Source: Sminthopsis crassicaudata (taxonomy: Eukaryota). From it: 64,000 nucleotides of DNA. The translations under genes and the position numbers were made by a program. This document shows positions 23,341 through 35,730 of this stretch, in pieces (position 1 is the first letter of the stretch; the number at the start of each line of letters is the position of its first letter). The stretch lies in NCBI RefSeq assembly GCF_048593235.1, contig NC_133618.1:676370361-676434360 (forward strand). Direction: 5' to 3'. Under the pieces are notes generated by a model, which had not been told where the DNA came from, searched no databases, and was given only the letters and a program-made list of their open reading frames with translations.

Positions 23341-26159
23341 TTCAGGTATTAGTTCCAATCCCAAGATTCTCTGTTCTTGTGATTCCTTGACCAGAAACTA
23401 GGCAGGCTCACCTCAATATCAAAGCCACTTCAGTTCTTGGTGGGATAATTAAAAGAAAAGCAAATTGAGTATTATTTTGTCCTATTCAACAAAGCCCCTT
23501 TCCCCTCCAAGTCAGCTAAAATACTCTGGAAGTCCCAGCTGTTTTAGCAGATCATTTTAGTAGCTGGAGGCTCCGTTCAGTGAAGGTGCTGTGGGAGTCA
23601 GACCACCCAGAGGTGCATTCTTGGCTGATCTGCCAAGGCTAGACATGTGCATGTATGCACAAAGCTCTTTTCATCTTAAATCAGTATTTATGGAAAAGGC
23701 CCCAGAAAAACCGAGTGGATGGAGGCCTGTTGTCTAAGGAGGGCTATCTCCATGGAATGGAAACCGTTGGGTCATCAATAATAATGAGTCTGAGGAGCTC
23801 AGGAAACTTGGGGAAGGCTCCTCTCAGAGCTGAGGCCCCAGAGAACAGTCCATGCAGGGAGCCTGGAATCAGAGAGGGGGGAATCACTGAAATCCGATCA
23901 GAAACAGATAGATGGTTCCTCTTAGCCTTCAGAAGGTAGGTAGTGGGTGCAAGGGCAGAGGGAAGGAGGCTGGGAATGCTTGGCACACATACCCACTGAG
24001 CTTGCTTGTCTGTCCTTCTTCATTAGAAGGAGAGGGTTCCAATGGTGGTTACTCAGAAACGATAGTGATGTTTGAAAAATTATTTTAAAATCCTTTGGGG
24101 GACAGAAAGGGGCAGCAGGATGCCTTGTGCATAACAAAGAGTAACAAAAAGCTGACACAAATGTGGCTTCAAGGCTTATGAAACACTTTTCATGGATTAT
24201 CACATTAAATAACCCCAGCGACCCGTGAAAAATCATATTATCTCAAAGCTGGGAGGGACCATTTAGGGCACTCCTACTTGACAAGAATCCCTTCTATAAT
24301 ATACCTGACAAGGAGTTATCTCCTCACAATTAAGAAATCTGGAACAGAAAAGCTGTCCAAGCACGTGCCGTTCATCCTCCCAGCTTTTCTGAGATGGGTG
24401 CAGCATGCTGATATTCACAGCAGAGTCATGATAAGGAGTGTCAGCATCCTCACCCCCAGTGTACGGAGGGGAAGGATGAGGCTCAGAGAGATGCTGTAAC
24501 TCACCCAAAGCTAAACAGCCACTTTGTTCCAGAGTCAGGCTGTCCAGACTCCAAGTCCAGCTCTCTATCCCTTGAGCCACCCAGCTCTTTTCTGACTCAG
24601 CTCCAGGACTTATATTTCATGAGGTTTCTCCTGATTCTGACAGTGGATGACTTTTCCAAGTGACAAGGACATTCAAAATATGCATTTTCCGAGTCTCATT
24701 CATTAAAACATGCCTTCAAGTTTGGACAAGATGGAAAAGCTCCTTAAACTCCATGAGACCTGGAAAAACCAGTCTGCCGGGCTCCCTCCCCTCCTCTCCT
24801 GGACACTTTATCCCGGCTCAGCTGCACAGACAGCAGCACCTCCCTCCCTTCTCTCTGGGGTTGCCAGGAGAGCCATGTTTAATATTCTCCTCAGCGCTCC
24901 CGCTCTCTCCCCGGCAGTGCGCTTGTCCCCAGCAGAAGGCGTTGGGCTTGTGCATTAAGAGTGACTGAAGAGAAAAGGTTTAACTTTCCCAGTGAAAAAT
25001 GAGTTTTCCTTGTTTCTGGTGGCTTCGGGTAGTCTTTCACGGCACCTGCTCGTGCGAAGGGCATGTGGGTTCATTCATTGTGTTCTCGCCACCCTGGCTT
25101 CTCTGGTAGAGTTACGTGTGACCTTCTCCCTACCTTATTTCCCAGTTATGAAGAGAGCTTTATATCTTCAGAGAGATGGTCTCCGAGGTCCCATCCATCT
25201 CTAAAAGCCTATGATCCCATGAGCTTCTTACCCTTTGTAATAGTCTGGTCAGGGAGAGTATAAAATCTTGAACTCAGTCAAAGAGAATCCTAGAATCAGA
25301 ATTCCAAAACAAGAAAGGAACGTCCAAAAAACCATCCAGTTCAGCCTCGTCCTTCTGCAGGTCAGGAAACTGAGGCCGAGGTGACGTCATTTGCTCAAGG
25401 TCATCCAGCTGGTAGGAAAGCCTGTTTCTCAGCTCCCAGCCCATCACTCAGAGCAATCTTATTAGTCCTTCCTTATGAATATTAAACTCTTGATTAGATT
25501 CCCATGCAGATAATTTATCATCCTTTTTAGAAATCAATATATTTTGTTTTCTATAACAATCATTGCCAAATAAAACCCTGCTGTCATACCTCCCCCTAAT
25601 AAGAAGCCAAATAAATCCTTTTGATATTAAAGCCCACAGTTAGCAGCAGAGTGTGCCTTCCCTTCTTACATGAGCTGCTCCTTAACCGAAGCAGAGACGG
25701 CCATAACTTCCGAGATCCAGATCCAAGTCTGGCCCCCGACAAGCCCTGGATTCTGGGGCTTTTTTAGTTTTTCTTTCAATACTGCAGATGAAGACATTGT
25801 GTCCTTCCACCACCCCTCTCATTCTGATTTCTGTCCATTTAAGCACATTTCTCTGAATTCTATTTATAGAAATGGAAAGGGCCTCAAAAACTATCTAGTC
25901 TGACCTCTTCATTTGCAGATGAGGAAACTGAGGCACAGAGGGGAAGTGGCTCGTCAAATCACAGAGAAACTTCAGAGCACAGCCAGGATTTGAATTCAGG
26001 TCCTCTGACATTTCTTTCTTCCGGATCAAAGGCATCCATCTTCATGACAGATCCATTCATTCTTAATCCATAATTTATTTAGTCATTCCCCAATCTGTTC
26101 CCAGATTTCTGTCCTACAAATTGTGCTTCAATGGCTATTTTGGCTAGGGAACTTTCTGT

Positions 26160-26378
26160 CTTTGCCTTCCATAGGGTATAAATCCATTCTTAACCCTTTG
26201 AGATCTGGTTTTCACACTCACTATTCAGCTGAAATTCCTCTCTTCCAGGTACTACTGATCTCTGAATTGCTAAATTGAACCACATTTTCTCAGCGCTCAT
26301 CCCTCTTGACACCATTAGTGACCCCTTTTCCCTGACCTGCCCTTCCCTATAGATTTCTGTGACATGGCTGTCCCTTAG
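26160..26378 (+). mobile_element. L2 ORF2 remnant
   Basis: cattcttaaccctttgagatctggttttcacactcactattcagctgaaatt (L.PLQSGFRP.HSTETAL-like). Confidence 0.55.
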
Positions 26379-26379
26379 C

Positions 26380-26700
26380 TCTTGGAAAGTCTAGAAGAGA
26401 CGCTGCTGAACGTCGACTTTCTCAGCAGAGCAGGTGAGAGTGCCAGGAGATGGAGTTACTGTTTTTAAGGTCTCCTGAGTCAGCCGTTACGGCTGACTCA
26501 GGAGCCAAGTCTCTCTGACACAGGTGATCCTTGCTTTTATCAGGGGCCAAGGGACCAATAAGAGCCCCACCCTGTCAACCAAGGGTTCGAGTCCTTGGAG
26601 GAGAATTCCATGAGTCACTGATGTGGCCAGGGGAAACTCATCTCAACTCAATAATGAGCGTAGACTGGGGGGTTGGAAGGGAATCTGACTGACAAAGAGC
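26380..26700 (-). mobile_element. Possible solo-LTR fragment (unassigned)
   Basis: The - strand reads TATA-like ATAAAAGC (tgcttttat on +) upstream of a degenerate polyA-like tract (gtttttaagg on +), with three AP-1 sites nearby. No TG..CA ends or TSD were recognised. Confidence 0.3.
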
Positions 26701-27046
26701 TAAATCTGTGGATTAATTTAAATGATATCTCATTCTTCTTATTATATTGATGCAGCCCAGCAGAACATTGCATAGCTTTCCAATTAAAGTCTTATTTTCC
26801 TTCTGAAAAGATTTTTTAGTAATATTTATGTGAGTCCCAGGTATATCTTGGTAGGTTTACTCCCAGAAATTTTATATATTGTATAATTATCTTAAAGGGA
26901 ATTTATCCTTGTTTTTCCTCTTGGCTTTTGTTAGTAACATACAGAAATGCTAATGATTATTATGTATCTACCTTGTATTCTGTCACTTTGCCAACGTTAT
27001 TAATTTCTCAATTAGTTTATTCACTGATGGGTTTTTCTAGGTAACA

Positions 27047-27300
27047 AAGCAACTAAGTGGAATAGTAGATAGAATATTCAATGCTAGAATTAGGAAACCG
27101 AGTTCAAATCCAGCTTCAAACACTCACTAACTGTGTGAGTTGGCAAGTTATTTGATGTCTGCTTCAGATTCTTCTTCTGTAAAATGGGTATATTAATAAC
27201 ACCTACCTTCCAGGGCTGTTGTGAGGATCAAATGAGATACTATTTGTAAGTGCTTAGTGCAGTGCCTAGCACATAGTAGGTGCTTAATAAATGTTTGTTT
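27047..27300 (+). mobile_element. Near full-length MIR SINE
   Basis: tRNA-like head gagttcaaatccagc, CORE ctgtaaaatggg...gttgtgaggatcaaatgag, and L2-derived tail gcacatagtaggtgcttaataaatg. Confidence 0.9.
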
Positions 27301-27510
27301 CCTTTCTCCATCACATCATCTCAGAAAGGGCATGATTTTGCCTTTTCTTTATTGTTTCTTTCACTTTACTTATTGTTATAGTTAATAGTTAACAATAATT
27401 ATCATAGTTAATATAATAATGTAGTTAATATAATAAAATCATTATAGTTAATAATTATAGTTAATATAATTCACATAGTTAACATATAGTTAATATAGTA
27501 GCAAGTTTCA

Positions 27511-27755
27511 TTGTTGTTGTTCAATTATTCTTCAGCCATTTCCAGCTCTTCATGACCCCATTTCGGGTTTTCTTCTACATTGGGGTGGTTTGCCACTTTT
27601 CTTTCCAGCTCATTTTATAGGAAAAAAGCAAATAAGATTAAGTGACTTGCTCAGAGTCACACACGTAGTAAGTATCAGCAGCTGAGTTTGAACTCACAAG
27701 CATGAGTCTTGCTGACTCCAGACCAGGCACTCTATTCACTGTACCACTTAGCAGC
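27511..27755 (-). mobile_element. Mar1-type CORE-SINE (RTE/BovB tail)
   Basis: ttgttgttgttc...atgaccccatttcgggttttctt...ggtttgccacttttctttccagctc, then CORE and tRNA head on the - strand. Confidence 0.85.
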
Positions 27756-30700
27756 TTGATCAATTAATTTTAACCAATTTAATAAAAATGACATACATTT
27801 ATTTCGGTTCCTCCTTTAATCTCTAGCACAAATCTAATGTGATCATAATAAATAACTTCTAGAAATGTTGCTAGAGTCTCTTTTCTACAGCAATATTTAA
27901 ATAAATATTCATTAGTGAAATTGATTTATAGCTCAATTCTGCTTTATCCCTCCCTGGTTTGTGCATTAGGACCACATTTGTCTCATAAATAGAGTTTGAT
28001 GGAGGACCTGCTTTCCCAGTTATTGAAAACAATGCATTGTGTGTACCATCAGGCTCAGTTGTTCTTTAACTGTTTATGGTTTACTTTTAAGTACCTCTTA
28101 ACCAATAGGATTTCCCCCACTTTGGTAATTGATTATTGGTTTGTTTGGTTTTGCTATGATTGAATTGTTTACTAACTTTAGTTCATGCTTTATTGATATG
28201 GATAATTTCTTTTTTGTAGATTTTCATTTAAATTTTGTTTAAGTACTCAATATTAGAAGAGATGATTTGCTAGGACAAGAGGATGTAAGATGCCTCAAAA
28301 ATGCCTATCAAGGCTTATAAATCCATTTTGTAGTAAAAAATAAAATTACTTCTAGACTTCTCCACCCAACCCAGGGGTTCATAACTGGGACCCCTGGAGT
28401 CAAGGGAGACAGAGATGAATTGAGCTTGGGTTAGATAAGTCAGAACAGATTGAGGAAGAAACAGGGAAGGCGGTTCACAGGCAGCCCCTGAAAACTTCAA
28501 GTGAGATCTATAACTCCCTAGCAGATTATTCCTGGCAGAGGGTAGTGCCCATAGCCAGGTCAGTTAAGCCTGGTTCAGTCCCAGTCTTGCCCAAGACTCC
28601 TCAGGACTGGAGAGAGTGTAATTATGGGGCATTCTTGGCAGATCCAAATAGATACCAGTGTCTAGTTAAACTCTAATTCAAGCAGTCACTGGAATTTTTG
28701 AAGGGAACTTAGAATGGGAATATCTGTGGACCCCAAAAGCAGGAAGAAAAGATCCCAGGCAGATAGATCTAGAATCTATTTAGATAGATCTAGAATCTAT
28801 AGATCTATAAATCTAGAATCCTATAGCAAAAAAATACATAGATAGATCTAGAATCCTATAGCAAAAAAGAGGACACAGGCAGAGTCCCATAGTCCCTGGA
28901 AAAAGGGACTTAGTTTGGGTCACTAAATTCAGAACCAGGCAGGTTCTATCCATGCTATTCAGTCGTAGAGATAGGCTGCTTGTTCACTCTCCCAATCTGG
29001 ATACTAAGGTGAAAGAAATGAGTCAACTCAAGGAAACTCTGAATATTATCAGAGCATACCTTGATTTGGGATGCCCAGAGGGTAAACCTGAAAGAGAATA
29101 AAGATTCCATCTAAGGAAAGCCTCAAAGACAACAATGTCATGGCCACAAAGACTATCTAGAAAAAATGGAAAAAGAGAAAGGAAAGGAAAGGTGGGGGAA
29201 AGGTAGAGAGAAAAGAAAATTTATGTTTTAAAACATGGTGGAAAGCCTCATTTAAAACATTCATGATGCTTCCAAATTGAAAGCAGCTAGCAAAAATGAT
29301 TCAAAAAGAAAGTAGATAAAAATCCTATAAACTTACAACAAAAAGGAAAGAAAAGAAAATATAAGATATGTATTTAAAAAATTAAATTATCTGGAAAATG
29401 AGTTAAGGAGAAAGAATCTAAGAATTATCAGATGATCTGAAAAATCACAATCAGAAAAATAAAATCTGAATACCCTATTTCAAGAAATTATAAATGAAAA
29501 TTGCTAAGAACTTTAGAACCAGAGGGCAAAGTGAAAATAAATAGAAAGAATTAATTGATCACCTCCAAATGAAACCCTCCAGGAACATCATAGTCAAAAT
29601 TCTGAGCTTCTGTGTCAAGTTAAAAAACAGCAAACTAAAACTCCAAAATGGAGTTTTCAGGTCCAAATAAAAAATAGTATAAGTAATATTCTGAAAAGAA
29701 GTTTCAGTATTAAGCACCACATAGCAGTATAAAGCATCACATAAAACAATGTAGCTCCCAATTTAAGGGAGAGGAGATCTTGGAATATAATATTCCAGAA
29801 ATGAAAAAATAATGGTTTAGAAACAAGCAAAATTTTTCTGACAAATTTAAATATAATCCTACATGGAAGAAAAAAATAACCTTTCTGATAGAAAGACCAG
29901 AAATGAGTAGACAATTCCAAATGTAAATGTAGGTCCCAAGAGAAACACAAAAAAGTTCACATATTTGTATAATTCAGAGAAAATATGTAGAATTGAATTG
30001 TTTAAAATGTTACTAAGGAAATAAGAAACAAACGTCTTCTCAGAACCTCAATAACTTTTAGCATCAAAGAGAAAGGTTTTTAAAATGGCAGTAGGTCTAT
30101 GAGTGGATTTTGATCTATTTTAAGTGTTTTAGTAGAAAATAAAAATGAGAGACACAAGGAATTATACTGGAGGAAAAAAGAAAGAAAGGGAGTGAAATCA
30201 CTTGTATCAAAGAAGTGTATAAGATGAAGAGGATATGGTCATGGAAAGAAAAAGTGAATTTCGCTTTCATCATTCTGAATTGGATAAAAAAAAGATTGAA
30301 TATGACACATATATGTTGTAGTGTATAAGTTCAATACATGGAAAGGGAAATTGGAGGGGATAGTGATGAGGAAGGAGTAGAGATTGGACTAAGAGAAAGA
30401 TGGGATAGATAAAGGAATAGACACAGCAAACTAAAATATTGGAGGGAGCCATATAAACATAGGATTAAAAAAAGGAACAAAGCACAAAAACTTGGGATCA
30501 AGGACAGAGTAAAGGCAAGAGAAGATAAAGAGGAAACAAAACCTTGAAGATTTTACATGTGTTAGGCAAACTTCCTTTCTTCTGTCACTTTCTCATTTAT
30601 GAAAAAAGGAGGGCAGGACAGCAGGAAATGCACAATTCATAAGCGTACCTGCAAATATAAAAGGAATGAACTTAACCACAAAATCTAAGAGGATGGTAGG

Positions 30701-31519
30701 ATGAATTAGAAAGCAGAAATCAACAACGTGTTATATTCAAAAAACATACATGAAACACAGAAATTAATAAAGTTAAAATGAGAAGCTAGAGAAAAATACT
30801 ATGCTTCAATTGAACAAAAGAAAAAACCTACCAGAGGTAGCCATGATAATTTCAGCTAAATCTACAACAAATAACAACAACAAAAGGAAGGAAATTTATT
30901 TTGCTTACAGGTGACAAATCAGTTATTGATACTTAATATATGTACTTAATCCAAATACTTGATGCAAAATTTAATCAAATTAAAGGGGAAAATAGTAAAC
31001 TATAATGGTAGAAGACCTTAAAACACTCCTTTTTGGTTTCAGACAAATTTAACAAAAAGTTAACAAGAACAAAGTTAAGGACCTGTTTGCAATTTTAGAA
31101 AAAATAATAATAGATCTCTGACGAATAATGAATGATAATAGAAACAATTTACATATTTCTCAGCTTTATGTGATATTTACAAATATCAACCATATTTCAG
31201 GGAATAAAAACTTTACCAACAAAGAAATTTGAAACATCACTTATGGATCATAATGAATGAAAATAATATTTTCAAGAAAGAGTTAAAAAGTAATTGTAGA
31301 CTAAATAACATAAATCTAAATAACGGGTGAGTCAAAGAACATAAAAGAATGGAAAATTATTATAATGGGACAGTAAATTAAAATTAATGGCATACAACTA
31401 GAACAGTTCAAAGGGATAAATATATCTTTAAAAGATTTCATTAACAAAGGGGAGAAATAACATTGAATTGAGAATTGAAGTTTAATTTTTGATTATTGAA
31501 TATTTTGTTCTATTTTTAA

Positions 31520-32740
31520 TTTTCAATACTGTTTTTTTTCAAATACACATAGTTTTCAACATTTATTTTTGTAAGACTTTATCTTCCAAATTTTTCTTTC
31601 TCCCTCCATTATCTCTCCCCAAGACAGCAAGCAATCTGAGACAGGTTATAGATGTATAATCCTTTTAAATATATTTCCATATTTGTCATATTATACAAGA
31701 AAAGTCACACCAAAAGTAAAAAAACATAAGAAGACAATCAAAAAATGCTAAAAATCCTATGCTTCAATCCACATTCAATCTCCATAGTCCTTTCTCAGTA
31801 TGCTGATGGCATTTTCTATCAGTTGATCATCACCTAATCTTGTTGTTACAATGTATAAGGTTTTCTTGATCTTGCTTACTTCCCTCAACATCAGTTCATC
31901 TCTCCAGGCTTTTCTCAAATCAGCCTGCTCATCATTTCTTATAGAACAATAATATTCTATTATATTCACATACTATATCTTATTTAGCCATTTCCCAACT
32001 GAAGGGCATACACTCAATTTCCAGTTCCTTGCCACTACAAATAAAATTGCTATAAACATTTTTGCACATGTGATTTATTTTCCCTCTTTTATGATTTTTT
32101 TTGGGATACAGATTCTGCTGGATCAAAAAGTATGCACAGTTTTATAGTCCTATGGGCATAGTTCCAAATTATTCTCCACAATAGTTGCATCATTTCACAA
32201 CTCCACCAACAATGCCTTATTGTCCTAGTTTTCTCACATTCTCTCCAACATTTATCATTATTATTTCCTGTCATCTTAGCCAATCTGAAAGGTGTACAGT
32301 GGTATCTTGGTATTGTCTTATTTGCATTTTTCTGATCAATAATGTTTTAGTACATTTTATATGACTAGAAATGGTTTTAATTTCTTCATCTAAAAATTGT
32401 CTGTTCATCTCCTTTGAACCATTTGTCAATCAAAAAAAATGACTTGTATTCTTATACATTTGAGTCAGTTTTCTATATATTTTAGAAATGAGGCCTTTAT
32501 CAGAAGCATTGGCTATAAAAATTGTTTCCCAGTTTTCTGCTTTCCTAATATTAACTAGAGTAGGTTTGTTTGTACAAAAACTTTTTAAATTTAACATAAT
32601 CAGAATTATTCATTTTGCATTTTGTAATGTTCTCTAGTTCTTCTTTGGCCATAAATTCCTCCCCTCTCCAAAGATCTGACAGGTAGACTATCCCTTTCTC
32701 TCCTAATTTAACTATCGTATCATCCTTTATGTCTAAATTA
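31520..32740 (-). mobile_element. Younger 5'-truncated L1 (3' ~1.2 kb) inserted in the older L1
   Basis: Short ORFs 31775-31969 and 32089-32283 give L1 ORF2 C-terminal peptides (IIEYYCSIRNDEQ; NNDKCWRECEK..HCWW..VQLLW). Confidence 0.9.
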
Positions 32741-33679
32741 TTTCAAAAACTTGAATAACAATAAACAAAAATTCCCTACTAAATAGTAAGGTAGAAATTC
32801 TGCCTATTAAACAAATTTAACAAAAATAAAAGCAGAGACTTCACTGAATTGATAAATAAAAGTAAAAAATAAAAGTAAAAGTTGGTTTTAAAATGAATAA
32901 AACAAGGGAATAATTAATTTGATTTTTTTTATTTTTAAAAGAGAAAAAAATCAAATTGTTCATTTCAAAAATAGACCTGAAGAGACTATAAAGACAATTT
33001 TCTAAAGCATTTTAACTTATATTATAAAGCAGCAATTATCAAAGCAATCTGGTATGGCTTGGAAATGGTGTATCAATGAAATATTTTAAGTACATAGTAC
33101 ATTATAGTAAATGATGATTTTAATTTAATATATGATAAACCCAAAGATCCAAGCTTTTGGAAGAAAAAAATCACTTTTTGACAAAAACTGCTGAGAAAAC
33201 TGGAAACCAGTATGGTAGAAACCAGTTATAGACCAATATCTCACAGTGTATATCAAAATAAGGTCAAAATGATACATGATTTGCATAAAAGCATGGAGCA
33301 ATCTGTATTAGAGAGTCAGTGAAATCATGAATAACTTCAACAAAGCTGCAGATCAGAAAGTAAATACTCGTCTGTCAGCAGCCTTACCTTAAAGGCTGCT
33401 CTTCCAAAGGAGTCTCCCAAGCTTATATCCAAATCTTCCAAGAAATATCTTTAAAAAAAAAAAAGCAAGAAAAAGAAAAGGCATTTCTCGATGTGTTTTA
33501 AGAGTCATTAATATAAGATAAAAACAGAAAGATGAATGCCCTTCAAAGGTCGCCATCATGAATGCTAACGAGTTCAAAGTCCAGATCAAGAGGAATAGAT
33601 GAATAAGTTAAGATACGGGAATGTAATCAATACTATTGTTCTTGTAAGAAATGATGGAGGACCCTGGGGGGGGGGGGTG

Positions 33680-33885
33680 GTGTCAGATGCCAGCCCTGGA
33701 ATCAGTGACTCATCGCCCTGAGTTCAAATCCAGATTCAGACACTTCCTAGCTGTGTAACCCTGGGCAAGTCACTTAATTCTGATTGTCTATGTGAGAGGA
33801 GAGAGACAGAGGCAGAGATAGAGAGATAGAGATATAGAGAGAGATTCAGAGAAACAGAGACAGAGACAGACAGACAGACAGACAG
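33680..33885 (+). mobile_element. CORE-SINE head followed by (GA)/(GACA) microsatellite
   Basis: ctgagttcaaatccagattcagacacttcctagctgtgtaaccctgggcaagtcac, then gagacaga runs. Confidence 0.8.
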
Positions 33886-35511
33886 AGCCTCAGTAACTCT
33901 GATCCACACAGTGACCCACCACAGTTTCAAAGGACTCATGATAAAATTTGCTATCCACCTTCAAAAAGAAAACTGATGCACTCAGAGTGCAGATTGAAGT
34001 TTTTTTTTTTTTTTATTTTTCTCTTAGGTTGTTGTGTTTTTTGTTTGTTTATTTGTTTTTGTTTTGTTTTTTCTTTCTTTCTTTTTTTTTTGAGAGCAGG
34101 ACTAATGCAAAAGTTAAGTTTATACAACTATACATATTTGCAATACTTTTTTTTTTCTTCTCATTGGGTAAGAAGGAGGGAAGGGAAGGACAGAATTTAG
34201 ACCTGAAAAAAAAATACAAAAGTCTCTGTCTCTAAAACAGTCCAAATCAAAGATGACTTCCCTGTAGATGAATGCTTCTGTGATGGCTCCCCCAAGTCTT
34301 AGAATGTTGATCCACAGTCCCTCGGGAGTTCAGTCTCCAGGTACACATGGACTGGGAACAAATGGATGAAGAATTCTGGTGGCAATAACTCTTCAGTCCG
34401 TCATGGACAGACATTGCGAAGGAAAGGGAACTGAGCCTAGTCCATTGGTTGGAACTTCTGGGAAGTTCTACAGTACTCCCACTCTCTCTCTCTCTGAAAC
34501 AAGGACTGGTTCTTTTTGAACACCAGTATTCTGCCTTTGATGTGAGCTGGCCAAAAGTCATGGAGCATCAGGGTCAGCGGAGAAGTGAGTTCAAGGATCC
34601 CCCAAAGTCTTGAACATGGAGAAATGCAGAGCAAGTGGGAGGACGGATTCTTCTGTACATTAAAAACAGAGAATTGCCCGGGAGAAGGGGTGTAAAGGGA
34701 ACCAAGATGAAAGCAGATGAAAGAAAAATCTGGGCTGGTCACACAGTGGAGTAAGTGCTAACCAGGGATACTCATGCTGATGGGAAAGGGGGAAGGGAAA
34801 CAGTTATCTATTTATATGGCGCTCACTCCTTGCCGGCACTGGCTGGGTGCTTTTATATATATCACATTTGATGCAATGTCAGAGGAACTAGAGGTAGCGT
34901 CCCCCTTCCCCCAGAGGAGAAGGGCTCCTCCGCAATTAATTTATGAGAGGAGATGGACGCTTGCCACATGCAGATATAATTATATAGTGATCATCATCGG
35001 AGAGATTGCCTGCTTATGGGACATCACAGATCTATTGATTCAAGAAAACACAGAGTAATGTGATACTTTCATTCTCTGGTGCCTTTAAGCATAATGTAGT
35101 TTCCCTGTTTTCCCCCCTTGGCCATATCCATTTTCATTGTTGCCTTATCTGAGATCCCCCATTTTGGGAAACTGCCTGAAGCGTATTAGATATTGTTCTA
35201 ATCTCTCATTTAATTCCATCCATGTCTTTGTTCGGTACACAGCAAAGACTTAATAAATGTTTGTTGAGTGTATGTGGAACTAAATATGTTTCCTTTATGG
35301 AGCTAATTGTTGTTTTCTGCTTGCTAATACATTGGGCCATTCTTTTGGCAGATGGATGTCCATTCTATTCCTTCCATCAAATTCTGTTATATTAATATTT
35401 TTCTTTTAAGCCAGCACAAGCTTTGCTACATTCATCTAATCTCCTTGGTGTCTCAAGACTCCCTCAGCCCTCTGCCATGTAGCCTAAATCCAGATTACTT
35501 GATTCTATTTT

Positions 35512-35730
35512 NNNNNNNNNNNNNNNNNNNNNNNNNNNNNNNNNNNNNNNNNNNNNNNNNNNNNNNNNNNNNNNNNNNNNNNNNNNNNNNNNNNNNNNNN
35601 NNNNNNNNNNNNNNNNNNNNNNNNNNNNNNNNNNNNNNNNNNNNNNNNNNNNNNNNNNNNNNNNNNNNNNNNNNNNNNNNNNNNNNNNNNNNNNNNNNNN
35701 NNNNNNNNNNNNNNNNNNNNNNNNNNNNNN
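35512..35730. other. Assembly gap (219 N)
   Basis: Run of N. Confidence 1.

Larger units (their letters stand above)
26790..28330 (-). mobile_element. Old L1 ORF2 (RT region) fragment interrupted by MIR, an AT-rich repeat and Mar1
   Basis: Antisense L1 motifs cccaggtatatcttggtagg (KYLG), acagaaatgctaatgatt, tcatctcagaaag (ADD region) and ttcattagtgaaattgatttatag (NYRPISLMN). Confidence 0.7.
28400..34220 (+). mobile_element. Ancient degenerate L1 (5' region, ORF1, EN, ORF2 C-terminal part, 3' UTR) with nested insertions
   Basis: ORF1-like motifs at ~29.0-29.9 kb (caagaaattataaatgaaaa; ccaggaacatcatagtcaaaatt), EN-like motifs at ~30.6-31.4 kb, ORF2 3' part at 32.75-33.65 kb and 3' UTR to ~34.2 kb. 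Full of stops. Confidence 0.72.

Noticed and set aside
28400-34220. Intact or active full-length L1
   Set aside because: No long ORF1 or ORF2 in the ORF track, the RT core is missing and there are multiple nested insertions.
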